DNA from: Octopus vulgaris
Taxonomy: Eukaryota
Assembly (NCBI GenBank): GCA_951406725.2
Contig: OX597814.1
Span: 225,184,001-225,248,000 of the forward strand
Direction of reading: 5' to 3'
DNA: 64,000 nt
Part shown: one piece after another, positions 1-13,692 of the stretch
How the letters are laid out: each line of letters begins with the position of its first letter
Position numbering within the stretch: the stretch's first letter is position 1
Notes under the pieces: model-generated
Seen by the model: the letters and a program-made list of their open reading frames with translations, nothing else
Databases searched by the model: none
Told to the model about the DNA's origin: nothing
Translations under genes and position numbers: made by a program

Positions 1-1291
1 CTGACTATTTATACATGCTAGGCCACTGGTGGTGATATTTATAACGAATATTCGCTACCCTATATATGTATCTTATGTATATATATATATTTATATATCA
101 GCGCCAAGTAGTGTTTAGGCATAACCGAACTTTAGGTTAGTTAAAATATGTATGTATGTATGTATGTATGTTGGTGTGTGTGTATGTGTGTGCGCGCACG
201 CGTGTGTGTATACGTAAGTTCCTTCTTTATCTCGCATTACAGATGAAGAAGCCAGAGATTCAATATGACTGTCTTGTATGAGCCGGCGAGAAAAACTATG
301 AGAGAATGAATTGTATTTTCCTTGCCGTTAGCTTTAATAATTCTATTTAAAGTTATTGGATTTTTTTCATGCATGTCACGTAATCGCCTTTTCATGACCT
401 TCTCTAAGGTTTTGTGTCGATATAATAGAAACGTCAATTTACTTTTCATATAGTCTGGCCTGTGTTGTGGACTGGAAGTAAATCCAAATTCGAGTGTGTT
501 GTAAACGTGATTGAGAAAGTCATGACTGGGTACACAGTAAGGGAGTTATTAATCATGTAAATCTATGATCAAAGACATTATACAGTTAGAAGCACCCATT
601 CTTTTGGGAGGTATAGAATACAATACCTTGTGTGTATTTTCCTTTCTAGAATAAGGATAACATGTAATATGGGGGAAGGTGTCTCTTTTAGTGCTTTTAG
701 CAGGTCAAGCGGCTGAGTGAAACCTTTCTAGAAGATTAGCAATACCTTGATGTGCATCACAAATTATCGATAATTAATGAGAAAAGAATTATTTGATGTT
801 TAAACTTTATTTGCTTCACTTATTACCTAGACACCGAATCTGACATTAACATAACTCTCAAATTACCTTCGTTTCTGTTATACATTTTACTAGCTCCAGC
901 CATTGAAATGCAGACACGCAGTGGCAACTGCCTTCAAGAAACTTAGTCAAATATATTTCGTCATTCATAAAGTCAGATTTTAGAAAAACAATTAATGGAC
1001 AAGTAATAATGAGAAAATTAGAAAACAATTTTTAAGCTACTGAAAAATTTTATTCTCTGATTAAATATTTCATGAGGCACTCATTATATTTGATTTTTTC
1101 TACGATTACTAGATAAAATAAACAATTCGTTTTCTTCAGATACTTTCGACCTAATATCAGAGGGAGTTTCTGGGGAAGAATTTCAAATCCAGACATTTTA
1201 CTAAGGGCAACGGTAGAAATTGAATGCTAGTTCTAGAGTTGTTAAAATTTCAAAATTATCGTCTCTCTTTTTCTCTTTTATACTAAATTAT

Positions 1292-1545
1292 ATTTTTTTG
1301 TCAAATGTTGTTAATGTTTCTAAAATAATTTTTTTGTCAAATGTTGTTAATGTTTCTAAAATAATTTTTTTGTCAAATGTTGTTAATGTTTCTAAAATAA
1401 TTTTTTTGTCAAATGTTGTTAATGTTTCTAAAATAATTTTTTTGTCAAATGTTGTTAATGTTTCTAAAATAATTTTTTCCTGAAATGTTGTTACTTTTTC
1501 TGAATTTTTTTTTTCCTGAAATGTTGTTAGTTTTTCTGAAATAAC
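1292..1545. repeat. 36-bp minisatellite, 5 near-perfect plus 2 diverged copies
   Basis: Unit TTTTTTGTCAAATGTTGTTAATGTTTCTAAAATAAT; TCAAATG recurs at 1301, 1337, 1373; explains the KKIILETLTTFD repeat ORFs. Confidence 0.95.
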
Positions 1546-2687
1546 TATCGGTTTATTTGTAAATTTAAGGACATGTTGCTTTTTACTTTGCACTCTTCTA
1601 TTTAGGCTATTTATTCAAACTAGCAGTGAAGATATTCACAATAATATTATACATTTATTTCTTTAAGAAAATTTAAACTCTTTTCAGAGTTCGTACACAC
1701 GGTTGAAACCTTCCGTCTTGGCGTCCGACTATCTGTGCTGCGAATCCACGTCAATAAAAAATTTCTCAAACAAAGGAATATTTAATGGACTGCTTTTAAT
1801 GACAGTAAACATTTCGACAAGTTGTCATAGAAGTTGTTAAAACCTAAATAATTTTTTCTACCAACGCCTTTCTATGTAGAAAGCAATGAATTGCAATAAC
1901 AACCTCATTCTGATTTTTACACCTGTTATAAGCTCTTTCAAACAGTCGACTACATAGAGAACTCTGTCGGTACATGATATCCATGATTCCTATTTAAAAT
2001 ATGATTCCTAATTAAAATATGAAGTGTTTTCACCCTTTCTATGTACCTGGCATTTATTTTCCACAGAATTTAATATACTGCTTGAGCTACATTAATTTAA
2101 CGAGCAATTATTTAAATAGCTGATCTTTATAATGTCGGTAGTTGACTAAATAAACATTTACAAAGTGAAATTTCAATGTTTGAAACATATGACAACATCA
2201 AATTTCCTCGATGTCAGAAAGCAATTTCAAACTATGACAACAAACTGTATTGCAGAGAGAAACTTTACTTATATTTAATTCGCTTTTGATCTATTAACAT
2301 TGCCTTAGCAATCTTTCTGCTGGCAGACAAAATAATTGACTACAGCAAAAGAAGAGATTTTATATTGTTCATTTATTTATTTTTGTAACCATTTCAACTA
2401 TTTCATTAGAAACGATCGGAGTTGTTTCAAAAACTGCTACGACACATTTAAAAAGATTTTCTTGTTTGGTCTGTTCGTTCTGACAATCTTTTAAAATAAT
2501 TTGATATTTTTCCTTAAAGCTAGGAGTGTTTAATTTTAAAATGTCTAATTAATATTGATTCTTTTGAAGAAGTTTAGATAATAGTCGTCGTTTTTACGAT
2601 TAGTTTCAGTTTGAACATTGCGGCTTTGGCAATATGTTGTATTTGAAACTTACTCATTATAGGATTCGCGTTCATCAAAGCAACACG

Positions 2688-2754
<67 letters not shown>

Positions 2755-3509
2755 GCATGCGCGGTGGTGGGTTACTGTGTGTGTGTGTATTTCAATATAC
2801 AATCATATATACACCCGCTATTATATTTAGAAAATTAGTATTGCTCGCTTTGATAAATCGTATATATTTTCTGTTCTTTGGTATTTCAACATACACAACA
2901 CATTCTGAATCTAGCCGAAAGAAAATACTTTCCTTTCTCTATCCTTTTGATATTTAATTATTGCTTTGATTCGTAGAATTCAGTTTTGATGTTCCCATCA
3001 TTTTCATTAAATTTTGCTCATCTATCTTATTGCTGGTTTCTCCGTTCTTCACAATTCCACATTTGTTCCTGCTCTTGTAATAATTTTCTTCACATACTAA
3101 TCCGAGATATGTCTTTCTGGAAACCGCATAGGATTGTTGTCTTTGAAGCAATTTTCTTCCTTGTTAATGCTAATGAAAGTGATATAGTCTCTTTACCGTT
3201 TATATAGTGGGGGACGCAGTGAGTCCTTATCGTTTAACAACCGAGCTTTCTCCTGAACCCAGAGTCTTCATACTAAATTGTAGATATGTCGTTTCAACAG
3301 AAGCAGTCGGTAGCTGTTTCGATAACAGGACGTGAGAGGAGGAGGGCGTTATTTGGCCTACATTTCCCAACGACCTACATTCGAATGCTTCGTTATTTGT
3401 TTAGGTTCTTTTCTTGAAAACATACGTTATATCGATCTCAATAGTTCTCTTTTCTTTTTCGAAAATTTTCAACTGGTTTTAAGACAAAGAATAATTATTC
3501 TAACTGCTT

Positions 3510-3566
<57 letters not shown>

Positions 3567-3583
3567 GCTGATATATATATATA

Positions 3584-5259
3584 TTAGCAGAAATACCCGG
3601 CGCTGCCTGGGTTAAAGAAAATAATGAAATTTAAGTATGCTTTTTGAATCTGTAGGTAAAATGAGAAATAGATAATGCCGTTCTCAACAGTAATTAGCTG
3701 AGGTACAAACTATTAAGTGTTTTATCCGATGTTCTCACTGTTAAAATTGTTAAAGAAAATCAGGTAGTTCTTTGTCTTTGCAATCACCTTCAATTATCAG
3801 TACTTATTTGAAAGACGTTGAACCTGAAAATGCATAAATTTGAGAAGAACCGGTCAGTAAGTACATTTAACAAAAATTCTATCAGATGACGTGAGTGTCA
3901 ACAAATGTATTGAAACAAATCCGGAAACCAATCACAGTTTAATTATCTGGAGCTTCTAAATATATGATGTTTTGAGTGTGACCTTTAATTAGTGTATAAA
4001 TGAAAAGATTTGGGGGACTTCCAGCTCGCGATCATCCTACATATAATTGCCCATGAGAGCAGCAAGGTGAAGTCCAACAACCATGAGAGACTGTTCTTGA
4101 GACTCGTTTATTGACATAGCGAAACTTAGTTTCACTGGGAACTAGAACCGTTTAAATTCAAAGGGGAGGTCATATGGGATTAACGGGATCCGTGGAATGA
4201 AGACGTCCCCACCCAGTCATAATTGTTGCCTCTAGGACATGGGGTCGCATCGCTTTTGCCACCAGTTTGGTGCCATTGCACCGACGAGGTGGATCCAGAT
4301 TCCTGAACAGCATGGTTGGGGCCCCCTTTTTAAGTTTTGAGTGGTGAGGTAGCATCCCAGATGGCTGTAGAGAGTTCAGGAACTCAGATGGAAAAAATAC
4401 AGCCTGGTCCTGATCAATGACAATTTCGAGCAATTTGAAAGACTATTCTTGTCTGGGCAACAGCTTCAAGAGATCCCAGTTGATTTTGTTGACAGCTGCA
4501 TTATGTGGAGCTAAGCTGGCTTGCTCACAGACCCATTCACTGTTGCTAAACAATTGTGCAATGTTTGGGAGCACATGTATTATGAGATCATTGACAGTTG
4601 GTACCATCTCACCACAGGCATTCTGCCCCCACCCCACGACTTTGAATGATCATGACTTTCAGAAAAACGGATATTTTTAAATAAAATTTTCTACGAATAT
4701 GTTATATCATGTAGATTACGAATATGCAAAATTTTGTAGGGAAGTATTTTAGGAGGGGTGGAGAAGATTTTCGGAATATTCACTGATGTCCACTTGAAAT
4801 TGTTTTAACTTTCATGAAAATGGATATTTTCAAATGAAATTGTCCACAAATACACCTCGGACTATATAGATTCGAAGCATATAGGATTTGGGGGAAAAAC
4901 AATTAGAGGTTATTTTTGTGAACTGTTCCCTACTGGGGGGTGGGGGGGTGGAACAAGTCGTCCATATTTGTTTCAGTTTCTCCATTTTGTGCGTTTGTGC
5001 ATCCGTATATAACCCTTTACCCTAGTCGTAAAATTTCGGGAAAAAAATTGAAAAGTTAAGGAGAGGGTGTATTTAAAAGTCTAAAAGTAGATTTTTTTGC
5101 ATATTCAGAATCTCTCTTGGTAATAAGGTCGGAATCCGTAGAAAAAAAAGCACAAAGGGGTGGCATGCTTATTCTCAGTGTCTTCCCACACACACATATG
5201 TATAATGAAAAAGTTCAAACGGGAAATTATTCCATTCAATATCAGGTTTATTATAGAGA
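3584..5259 (-). mobile_element. Internally deleted Helitron carrying a PIF1-like helicase remnant
   Basis: Minus strand starts A|TCTCTATAATAAA at 5259 and ends with hairpin CCCAGGCAGCGCCGGG plus CTAA|T (degenerate CTAG) at 3584; internal helicase motifs present. Confidence 0.8.
4010..4640 (-). pseudogene. Helitron RepHel helicase C-terminal fragment (frameshifted)
   Basis: EFLNSLQPSGMLPHHSKLKKGAPTMLFRNLDPPRRCNGTKL, then in shifted frames IPLIPYDLPFEFKRF*FPVKLSFAMSINESQEQSL; classic PIF1/Helitron motifs. Confidence 0.9.
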
Positions 5260-5516
5260 TTATATAACAAATTATACTTTATACTTCTATATTTAACTGT
5301 GCGTGTATATTCCTGATTTTTGCTTCTGGTGTCTTTTACCTTTCTATTAGAAACGTTTACCTGGGAATTTACTTAAAGTGAGAAAAAATTGTATGCAACA
5401 GATAAGTTGTCTTAATAACATATAGCTGTGTACCAGACATTTAGCTGTTATTTTTAGCATGAGTTTTCTGGTGAGGACTTCATTTGCCTTCATCGCTTGT
5501 TGCTTCAGTAGAAATC

Positions 5517-5898
5517 TACGGATGCACAAACACACGAAACAGAGAAAATGTAAGAAAATATGAACGACTTGTTCCGAAACACCCCCGGGTGGGGAACAGT
5601 TCTCAAAATTTACTCCCAATTGTTTTCCCCAAAAATGTCTATATGCTCGAAATCTACATAGTCCGAGGTATATTTGTTGATAATTTCATTGAAAAATATT
5701 CATTTTCCTGAAAGATAAGCGAACTGAAGTGGACTCCGGTGAATTTTCCGAAAATCCTTCCTCACCCCGCCAAAACAATTTCCCCCCGAAATTTTGTATA
5801 TTCGGAATGTACATGATATACCACATTTTCGTAGAAACTTTTATTAAAATATATCTATTTTACTGAAAGTTATGATTATCCAAAATCGGTGGGGCAAA
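5517..5898 (+). repeat. Diverged inverted copy of the Helitron segment 4625-5007
   Basis: Reverse complement aligns co-linearly with 4625-5007 (e.g. GTGCATCCGTA/TACGGATGCAC, CCTCGGACTAT/ATAGTCCGAGG). Confidence 0.8.
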
Positions 5899-5915
5899 AA
5901 TCCGTACTTAAACCC

Positions 5916-5948
<33 letters not shown>

Positions 5949-6724
5949 TGTGTGTGTGTGTATGTATGCGCGCGCGCGTGTGTATGTGTGTGTATACCTG
6001 TGTGTTTGCATCCTATTTCTCCGCTTTATACTAGTGTTCAGGGAAAAGTAAATACTTTTTTCTCCAGGCGGCGCCTCTTGAATACTAGGATTGAGATTGG
6101 TTTTTCATGTGGTCAAGCATGTAAATAGTCTCACAAAACTACCATTAGATATTTTATTACCATAAATAAATCAATTATACACTAAAGCTACTAGTACTCT
6201 AAATCGGACGGTATTTCATTTAGTACTTTGATAACTGTAAAGAATTTTAAAATTCTTAGCGGATATCCTATAAATATTAGATATTATATTAAATATTAAC
6301 ATCAAAATATTAATACTTCATCTTATATACGAGGAAGGTAACTGATTTTTCATGTATTCACGCATGTTTATGAGTATTAAAAAAAAATACCATCGGATAT
6401 AATTTTATAAACTATATGTTAAAACTACTTGAAATTTGAATTTGTTGGTACTTCACGTTTTATTACATTTGCATCTGTAAATATAAGCATTAAAGAATGT
6501 TTAGTAGATATAATATTGACATAAAAATATTAAATGGTAAAAATTGCATTAAGTTTCCTATTCAGGTGACGGTACCATTGTGGCTTGCTATAAATTCAAT
6601 TAAGCACGTTTCTCATGAATATGTAGTTGATATTTTACAATATAATTTATTAAACTAAGAGATCAACGTATTGATTTATAGTGATTGTAACTTTAGTAAT
6701 TTTAGTTTATATACATATATATAT

Positions 6725-6998
6725 TTTACGGAGATGTACTTGCATAGCGAGTGACTTGATCTGAGATCGTGTGCTGGAACGAAAACAATGGCAGCGTGGA
6801 AGGTGTTTATAAGCCATTTAAGAAACACACAAAACCGCTAGATTCACTTCAACATTTAAATTTAATTTCTCAAAATATTTTCGTCGCTTTGAGACCGCGA
6901 CCTGTTTGACAATACTTCGTGATGCAGCACGAAGTTTTGTCAATGAACACCTTCCACACTGCAATTGGCTTATAAACACCTTCCACGCTGCAATTGTT
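6725..6998. mobile_element. Palindromic Penelope-like pLTR remnant in a TA tract
   Basis: 36-bp inverted repeat 6784-6819/6963-6998; inner hairpin 6906-6943; minus strand has stem GTCGC..GCGAC followed by GAAA. Confidence 0.5.
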
Positions 6999-7673
6999 AT
7001 ATATATATATATAAACAATTTATCTACTATATTTGGTAACGTTCAAGTTTTCCTTCGTTTGCATAGTTGTAATGACCGTAACTATTGCGCACAAATATGG
7101 ATGACGCGATACTATAATATGATAGATAATTAGCAGTTTTTGATAAGTCATGTTTTTTCTATATTTTAACAAACGCTCGCGCAATTATATGACGAATGTT
7201 AACGCGCTCTCACCCTCTCTCTATCTCTTTCTTTCAATCTCTCTCTATATATATAACACCTAGTTCACCCTAACTGCGACACCACCACTAATATGTTATG
7301 TATAACTTTTGTATCGCACGTTCGACGTACGATATAACTGAATAATATTAATGTCCTTGCAAATCGTTCTACTCAAGATACTGGTAATAACCCTCGACAA
7401 TACGCAACTCTCGGCTTTACACTGCTCTGAAGGCTCTATGCGTATGTCCATTTATATTGGGACACAGTCCATTAGGAGCCAACCAACAGAGGTGTTCTAC
7501 TTCCACACAACAATAACAAACGCACGCGCACAACTATATTATACGTATTTGATAAGTATGTATATATATATATATATACTCATTACGTTTTTCTTTAATA
7601 TATGCATAACCAGAACGCACACATCTGAATCTGTCAAAGGTTGTCCAACACGTTGGAATGGAACTCCTTTCTG

Positions 7674-7802
7674 AAATTTCTCCCCTGATGAAATACCCCA
7701 ATTAACCAGTTTCAATATGAAAATTTTAATTTAATTTAATTCAGTTTAATTTCTCTAACTGAATTAATTGGATATGGAAACGGCTGTAGAGATAGGAATT
7801 TC
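7674..7802 (+). ncRNA. Type I hammerhead ribozyme-like motif with long stem II
   Basis: CTGATGA 7685-7691; imperfect stem ATACCCCAATTAA/TTAATTGGATAT; GAAAC-GGCT-GTA from 7777; imperfect stem I GAAATTTCTCCC/GAGATAGGAATTTC. Confidence 0.55.
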
Positions 7803-7879
7803 ATACTGTATTGATTTGAATATCTTTAAATAAACTGATGTCTATACGCCATTTCTTCTATTTTCTTCTTTTTCTCATA

Positions 7880-8071
<192 letters not shown>

Positions 8072-8256
8072 GTTTCTTTATTAGCCACTTAGGGCCGAAC
8101 ACAGAGGGGACAAAATACAATGTAGAGCTTTCCTTTTCCAAAAAAAAAAAATTCCGATCAAAAGGGATCGTGTATCACAGAACATATCATAAATGTAAAA
8201 AGCAGATAGGTTTATCAGTGGAATGAAAAGCCTACGGAAAAGACCACGGTAACCTC
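8072..8256 (-). mobile_element. Retroposon 3' end, probably a LINE 3' UTR, whose tail resembles SINE family A
   Basis: Minus strand ends GTCCCCTCTGTGTTCGGCCCTAAGTGGCTAATAAAGAAA versus SINE tail GTCCCCTCTATGTCTAGCCCCTTGTGGGCAATAAAGAAA; upstream sequence is not SINE body. Confidence 0.5.
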
Positions 8257-8302
8257 AGGCGTGGAGGTTTCGTCATTCGCGCATACTATCATTCGTGCGT
8301 AC

Positions 8303-8374
<72 letters not shown>

Positions 8375-8411
8375 CAGATAGATAGGCTGATAGATAGACA
8401 GACAGACAGAC

Positions 8412-8490
<79 letters not shown>

Positions 8491-8499
8491 GCTTAGTTT

Positions 8500-9085
8500 T
8501 GCGCTGCCAGTATAGTGCTCACGGTCTCTTCTTTTAAAGTTCCTTTCATCTTCCAATCCCACCTGTTTTTTCAAGCAACTTGTGTTATGGCTACATGGAA
8601 ATGATTGTGTAGTCCCTTCTTGCGTAATTCTTCTTCATGTCCTCTTTGTACTTCTACCTTTGTTTTCCCTTTTTTATCTGCTTCCCATACTCTCTCGTTC
8701 CTAATTGTCACTAACAAGGTTTCCTTACTTCTGTCTAGGTATCTCATTAAGTTCTCGAGTTCGATACCCACGCAGTCTTCCACACTTATCAGTCCTCTTC
8801 TTCCAGCCATTCCCTTCATAAATAGGCGATCAATGTACATGGGTTCCATGTATTGTTAGGAGCTTTCTTGACTCCCATTTCCTTTAGTTCTTCCTCTGTC
8901 CATTTCAGGATTCCAGCGCGATACCGAACTACTGTGACTGCAGGCGGGTTTATTGCCGAAATTATATTTCTGGCATTCAGCTTTGAAGCTAATATTTTTC
9001 TCACTTGCTGCAGATACTGTCTTATTGTCTTTTCCTTCATGTCGTTGTGTTTGATTCCATCTGCTTCAAGTATTCCCAAATATTT
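8500..9085 (-). mobile_element. R4/Dong-like non-LTR retrotransposon, RT C-terminal/thumb fragment
   Basis: YLGILEADGIKHNDMKEK...VRKILASKLNARNIISAIN..AV.VVRY.AGILKWTEEELKEM and DRLFM...GRRGLISVEDCV; frameshifted. Confidence 0.8.
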
Positions 9086-9910
9086 GGCCAGTGAACTGTA
9101 CAGATACTTGGAAAATGTGGGATGATCGCCTATACATGAAGAGAGCTGGGTGGTATATTGGCAGAACCGTTAGGTCGTCAGTCAAAATTCCTTGAATAAT
9201 TTAGTTAGGTTTGTTATTTTTGGTTTTTAATCCCATTCAGGTCAGTTACGCTTTCAGTTTTCCAGGGTCAATAAAATATATTTCAGTTTTTTTTATTTTC
9301 ATTTTATATCTCTCCCATCCTAAACACACCAAATGTTGCTGTAATTTAATTTAGACTTATATAATTATTGAGAATTATTTATTTAATTGATTTAATTAAT
9401 TTTTCATCGACTCTTAATAGTCATTTCGCATATGTTTTATAACTCAATATATTGAATTGTTTAAACTTTTATTGAAATTCTTGATCTTTTACAATATTAA
9501 CAGAATCTACAACGCTACCTAATTATCGTATTCCACTCCACATAATGTATCAAATTAATTACTTGAAAGTAGAAAACGACTGTCTTTCTGAGGACTGCTT
9601 TATACATATTTATAGTATTTTATTTGACCTCACTAGTGTTTTCGTATTCTTCTTTTTTCCTTGTACGGTGTATATTGCCCCTAATTAGCTTAGCTTAACT
9701 TACCGCCCTTCCTCGTTTCTACGCATTTATTCTTAATTATTTCTAGGTTATTCCTTCGTGCTTGAAAACGTCGAAGAAGACAAAAACGAAATTGCAAAAC
9801 CGTAGCACTCATTTGGATAAAATTACATAAAGTCGAAGTATGCCTTGAATATTTTATACGCAGATGACCTAAGAAGCCCTTTCCAAATAACGCTTTCTCT
9901 CTCTCTCTCC

Positions 9911-9991
<81 letters not shown>

Positions 9992-10005
9992 CATACATAC
10001 ATATA

Positions 10006-10041
<36 letters not shown>

Positions 10042-11439
10042 TGTATGTGAAAATACTGGAGACATCATTAAAGGAGGAGATATTGTTGAAAATTGTAAAT
10101 GATGAAAGTTGATAATGAGAGTATGAGGATATTAATAAAAATACTAAAATAAAATAAAAATAAGAAAATTATGTTTATCACTACCAAAATACTAAACAGG
10201 TTTGATTACTTTTACTATATACAATATGTTGTTGTCAGTGATTCACTCGTCACTGTACATTACGCTGTTTTGTTTTATCTTTTTGATAATTGATATATAC
10301 ATATTTTCGCATGGATACATTGTCTCACAAAAAGGTTAAATACGTTTTCTAAAGGTTTTCAGAGGACATTAGGTTTAGTTTAGACAAAAACCTGCGCATT
10401 TATAACATATTTCATACATTCTGTGCAAAAGCTCTAAATAAACATTATAAACGTTATTATTCACATTCACAGCAAATAGTTGATACATTATTCAAACCAG
10501 TATTCTGCTATCTTTTTGCTCATACTACGGGATGTTTTACCTGTACAGGTTGTACTGATATCCTTATATTATTCTTCCATACATTTCATGTGATACACTA
10601 TCTTACTAGTTATGACCTTTGTTATCGTCATAAATGAGTGCAAATTACATAGAGATATGGATTAGTCGTATTTTTATCACTTTGATTATAGCTTTCATTT
10701 TAGATAGTATTTTTCTAAATTTGTGGGATGCCCCAACTCTAAGAGATAACGTAGACGAGCCCCATTGAATTTTTGCTGTCGTATCATGAACTTACTTTGT
10801 CTAATGTTTTTCTTTTCTTTTGTGACCTGTTCCGTATACCTAGATATATGGTTAAAAAAAAGATAGAGACATTTGAAGGGACAATAAACAGCGTGCATTG
10901 GTCTGATGCTCGAGAAAAAAAATGGAAGAATCTACGCTCTTCTACGGAAAAGAATATCGATAGAAAAGTGGCGGAAAGAGAAAAAAACTGTCTGGTTAAC
11001 AGTTGCACATAAGTAATATAAAGATACATATATATACATACATAAATGCATACATATACAAATATATATATTTGTATATAAACATGTGTGTATGCATATA
11101 TATGAATGCATGTCTATAGATTTTGTATATGCAGGTATATGTACATATATGTGAATGTGTACATATTATACATCATATATATATATAGAAACTATAAATA
11201 TATACCTGCAACTATATATACTTACACATTTACGCATAAACATACGCTCATGTACACAAACATTCATCCCTCCATCCATGCATACATACAGACAGACATA
11301 GTGACAGACAAACAGACAAACACAGACAGACAAACAGACAGACATAAAAAATCTGTATGCAAATGCAGTGTGAGCTGCAACCGTAGACCACCAGCATATT
11401 TCAAGTGTGGCATAAAAGACAGTGCAGCAAATAGTACAC

Positions 11440-12330
11440 TCGTGGTGGCCACCATTACCACCATGTCCACCATCACACCAGTTCTACTGATAGGTATTAG
11501 AGGCCTCGTGCAAGACAACAACAAACGCAAAATTGCGTACCTGAAGGATTGTTCTTCATGCAATCAAGCAATATGCATTTCACTCACGGAGACACATCTG
11601 TCTGCAGGTTTAAATGATGCAGAGATACACATACCAATATATGTTGTATTCCTTTCAGACAGAAGAGGAAAAGTCACGGTGGAATTGTGCTGTACAATTG
11701 GGAAGATGTAACGTCGCTAACCCTGTTGTCACACTCAAACTCAATCTGTTACGCACTGGAAGTGCATTTAAAGCAACTTAATGTGGGAATATGCACGTTA
11801 TATCGCCTACCCAGTGCCTCAAACCAAGAAGATAAATTTGAGGAAAGTCTTGCAATAATAAAAGTACTAAGAAAGCTACATCAATGCATTAATGTACCTC
11901 TGATGGGTCACTTCAACTTCCCCAACATCAGATCGCCAGAGGGCAAAGGGCACAGGCAAGCAGAATTTCTATTTGATTTCATGAAAACAGTGTTCATGAA
12001 CAGACCATATGTACACTCCCCAACCAAAAACAATAGCATCTTAAAGCTTTGCTTCACCAAAAATACGGAACTTGTCCACAATGTGAGGGTATCGCCGACA
12101 ATTTTCTGAAACTGCAACAAAGTAGAACTGACGATGTACAGTCCAAAACAAATTAAAGATATATTCCACACATATGGCACCCAAACCCTATCCAGTCTAA
12201 ATTTCTACAAGGTTCACTTGTAAAACATACTCCAGTAAAATTGAAAAATATACTCCAGAAAAATTGGCTTAAAACTCTCGTTATGCAAGATATTGATATG
12301 AAACTTTAAAACGTCATGTCAATAATTTGA
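11440..12330 (+). mobile_element. Degenerate LINE fragment, APE-type endonuclease
   Basis: ISLTETHL..LNDAEIHIP.Y.VF.SDR, YRLPS, LMGHFNFPNI, SPTKNNSILKLCF across frameshifted ORFs. Confidence 0.8.
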
Positions 12331-12671
12331 TCCATAGCACTGATATTAATAACAGTAATGAAAGTATTTATTAATATTCTTAATAACAGTTATTGGAAAA
12401 TTACTATTTAATAAGCAACTGAATTCCTCTATAAAGATAGTTTTGTAAAATGTAAATATATCTACAAACGGTATTATCCTTTCTTGTCATCAACATACAG
12501 AATGATTATGATACGGTGAGAAACTTTTACAGAATGATCGATATTTTCTCAAATCTCTTGCTCATTCCTGCATTTTGAATATTATCCAGTCTGTTAAATA
12601 GAGCAGAAGAACCTTCCTTAAATCATACCTTCTAAATTTGAAATTAAGAACTAATTAAATTGTTTCTAATT

Positions 12672-12817
12672 TAGGTACAAGGCCAGCAACTCTGAGAGGA
12701 AGTGGGTTGTCGATTCGAGTACGTGGCCTGTTTGAACTCAAAACGACGTCTAGTGCTGGAACAAATACCGTAAAGCATTTTTTCCACGGCTCTAACGATT
12801 CTGCCAGCTCGCCACCC
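12672..12817 (-). mobile_element. tRNA-derived SINE, family A (degenerate)
   Basis: Head GGCGAGCTGGCAGAATCGTTAG and B-box-like GAGTTCAAA on minus strand. Confidence 0.7.
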
Positions 12818-13692
12818 TGAGAGGATAGCTAATATTGTCATATATACCACAAGGAAAACGTGATGGTCAACGTTGGAATTCTTTTAACTCCTAGAGTTTT
12901 AGATGATGATGATGATGATGGTGATGGTGGTGAAGGTGATAGTAATAACAATAATAACTGACAGATCCCGTCTTTTTCCCTTTCTTTTCGTTTCCTTCTC
13001 TGTATTTTATTCTCATTATTTCGAACTAATACATACAGAGTGAGCCTTGAAGAAAGGAAGAGGAGGAAAAAGAGGAGAAAAAAAAAAAAAAAATAAATAA
13101 ATAATAATAATAATAAAAAAAAATGTTCGGAGATAAAACTATCAACAAAAATACAGACGAATATAGATCAGCTAGTCTTAAAAAGCTGCGCTATGAGCAA
13201 TGCTTAAAACCCTCAGCCCTCCCTCCAACGTATAATTTACTTTAAAAAGAAATACTTTAAAAGGGAAAAACGTGAGAAAAAAAAAAAAGAAGAAATTAAT
13301 AATCTAAATTAACGATAGTCAAAAACATGTGCCTTCTCGCACATAAACACATTATTCACACATATACAAACATGCGCAGATGCAATTATTGAAGTACTAA
13401 ATGGCACGTCAAATGCTATTTAATCGAGTGGAACATTTTGCATGCATATCAATATTCTAAAGTTGGACATACTATCCCTTATCCTAAAGCTGCTTCAGAC
13501 AATTAGGAAGGGTTCCCGACTCGTTGCACCGTCTGCTTTCAATCTTGGATTGTGATTCGGCTCAGCCCAAACTCTCTCAGATTTTGTCTGCTGTTGCCTA
13601 CTCCTACAAGGATTGCACCTGTTTTTTGTTCCTGATTTAACTCCGATTTGTCCTAGAGCCCATAGAAGATTGTTTTTAGTCAACCATCCATC

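Noticed and set aside
9758-9808. Possible U3:A8 hammerhead (GTGC-TTGAAAA...GAAA...GCAC)
   Set aside because: Stems II and III do not form convincingly
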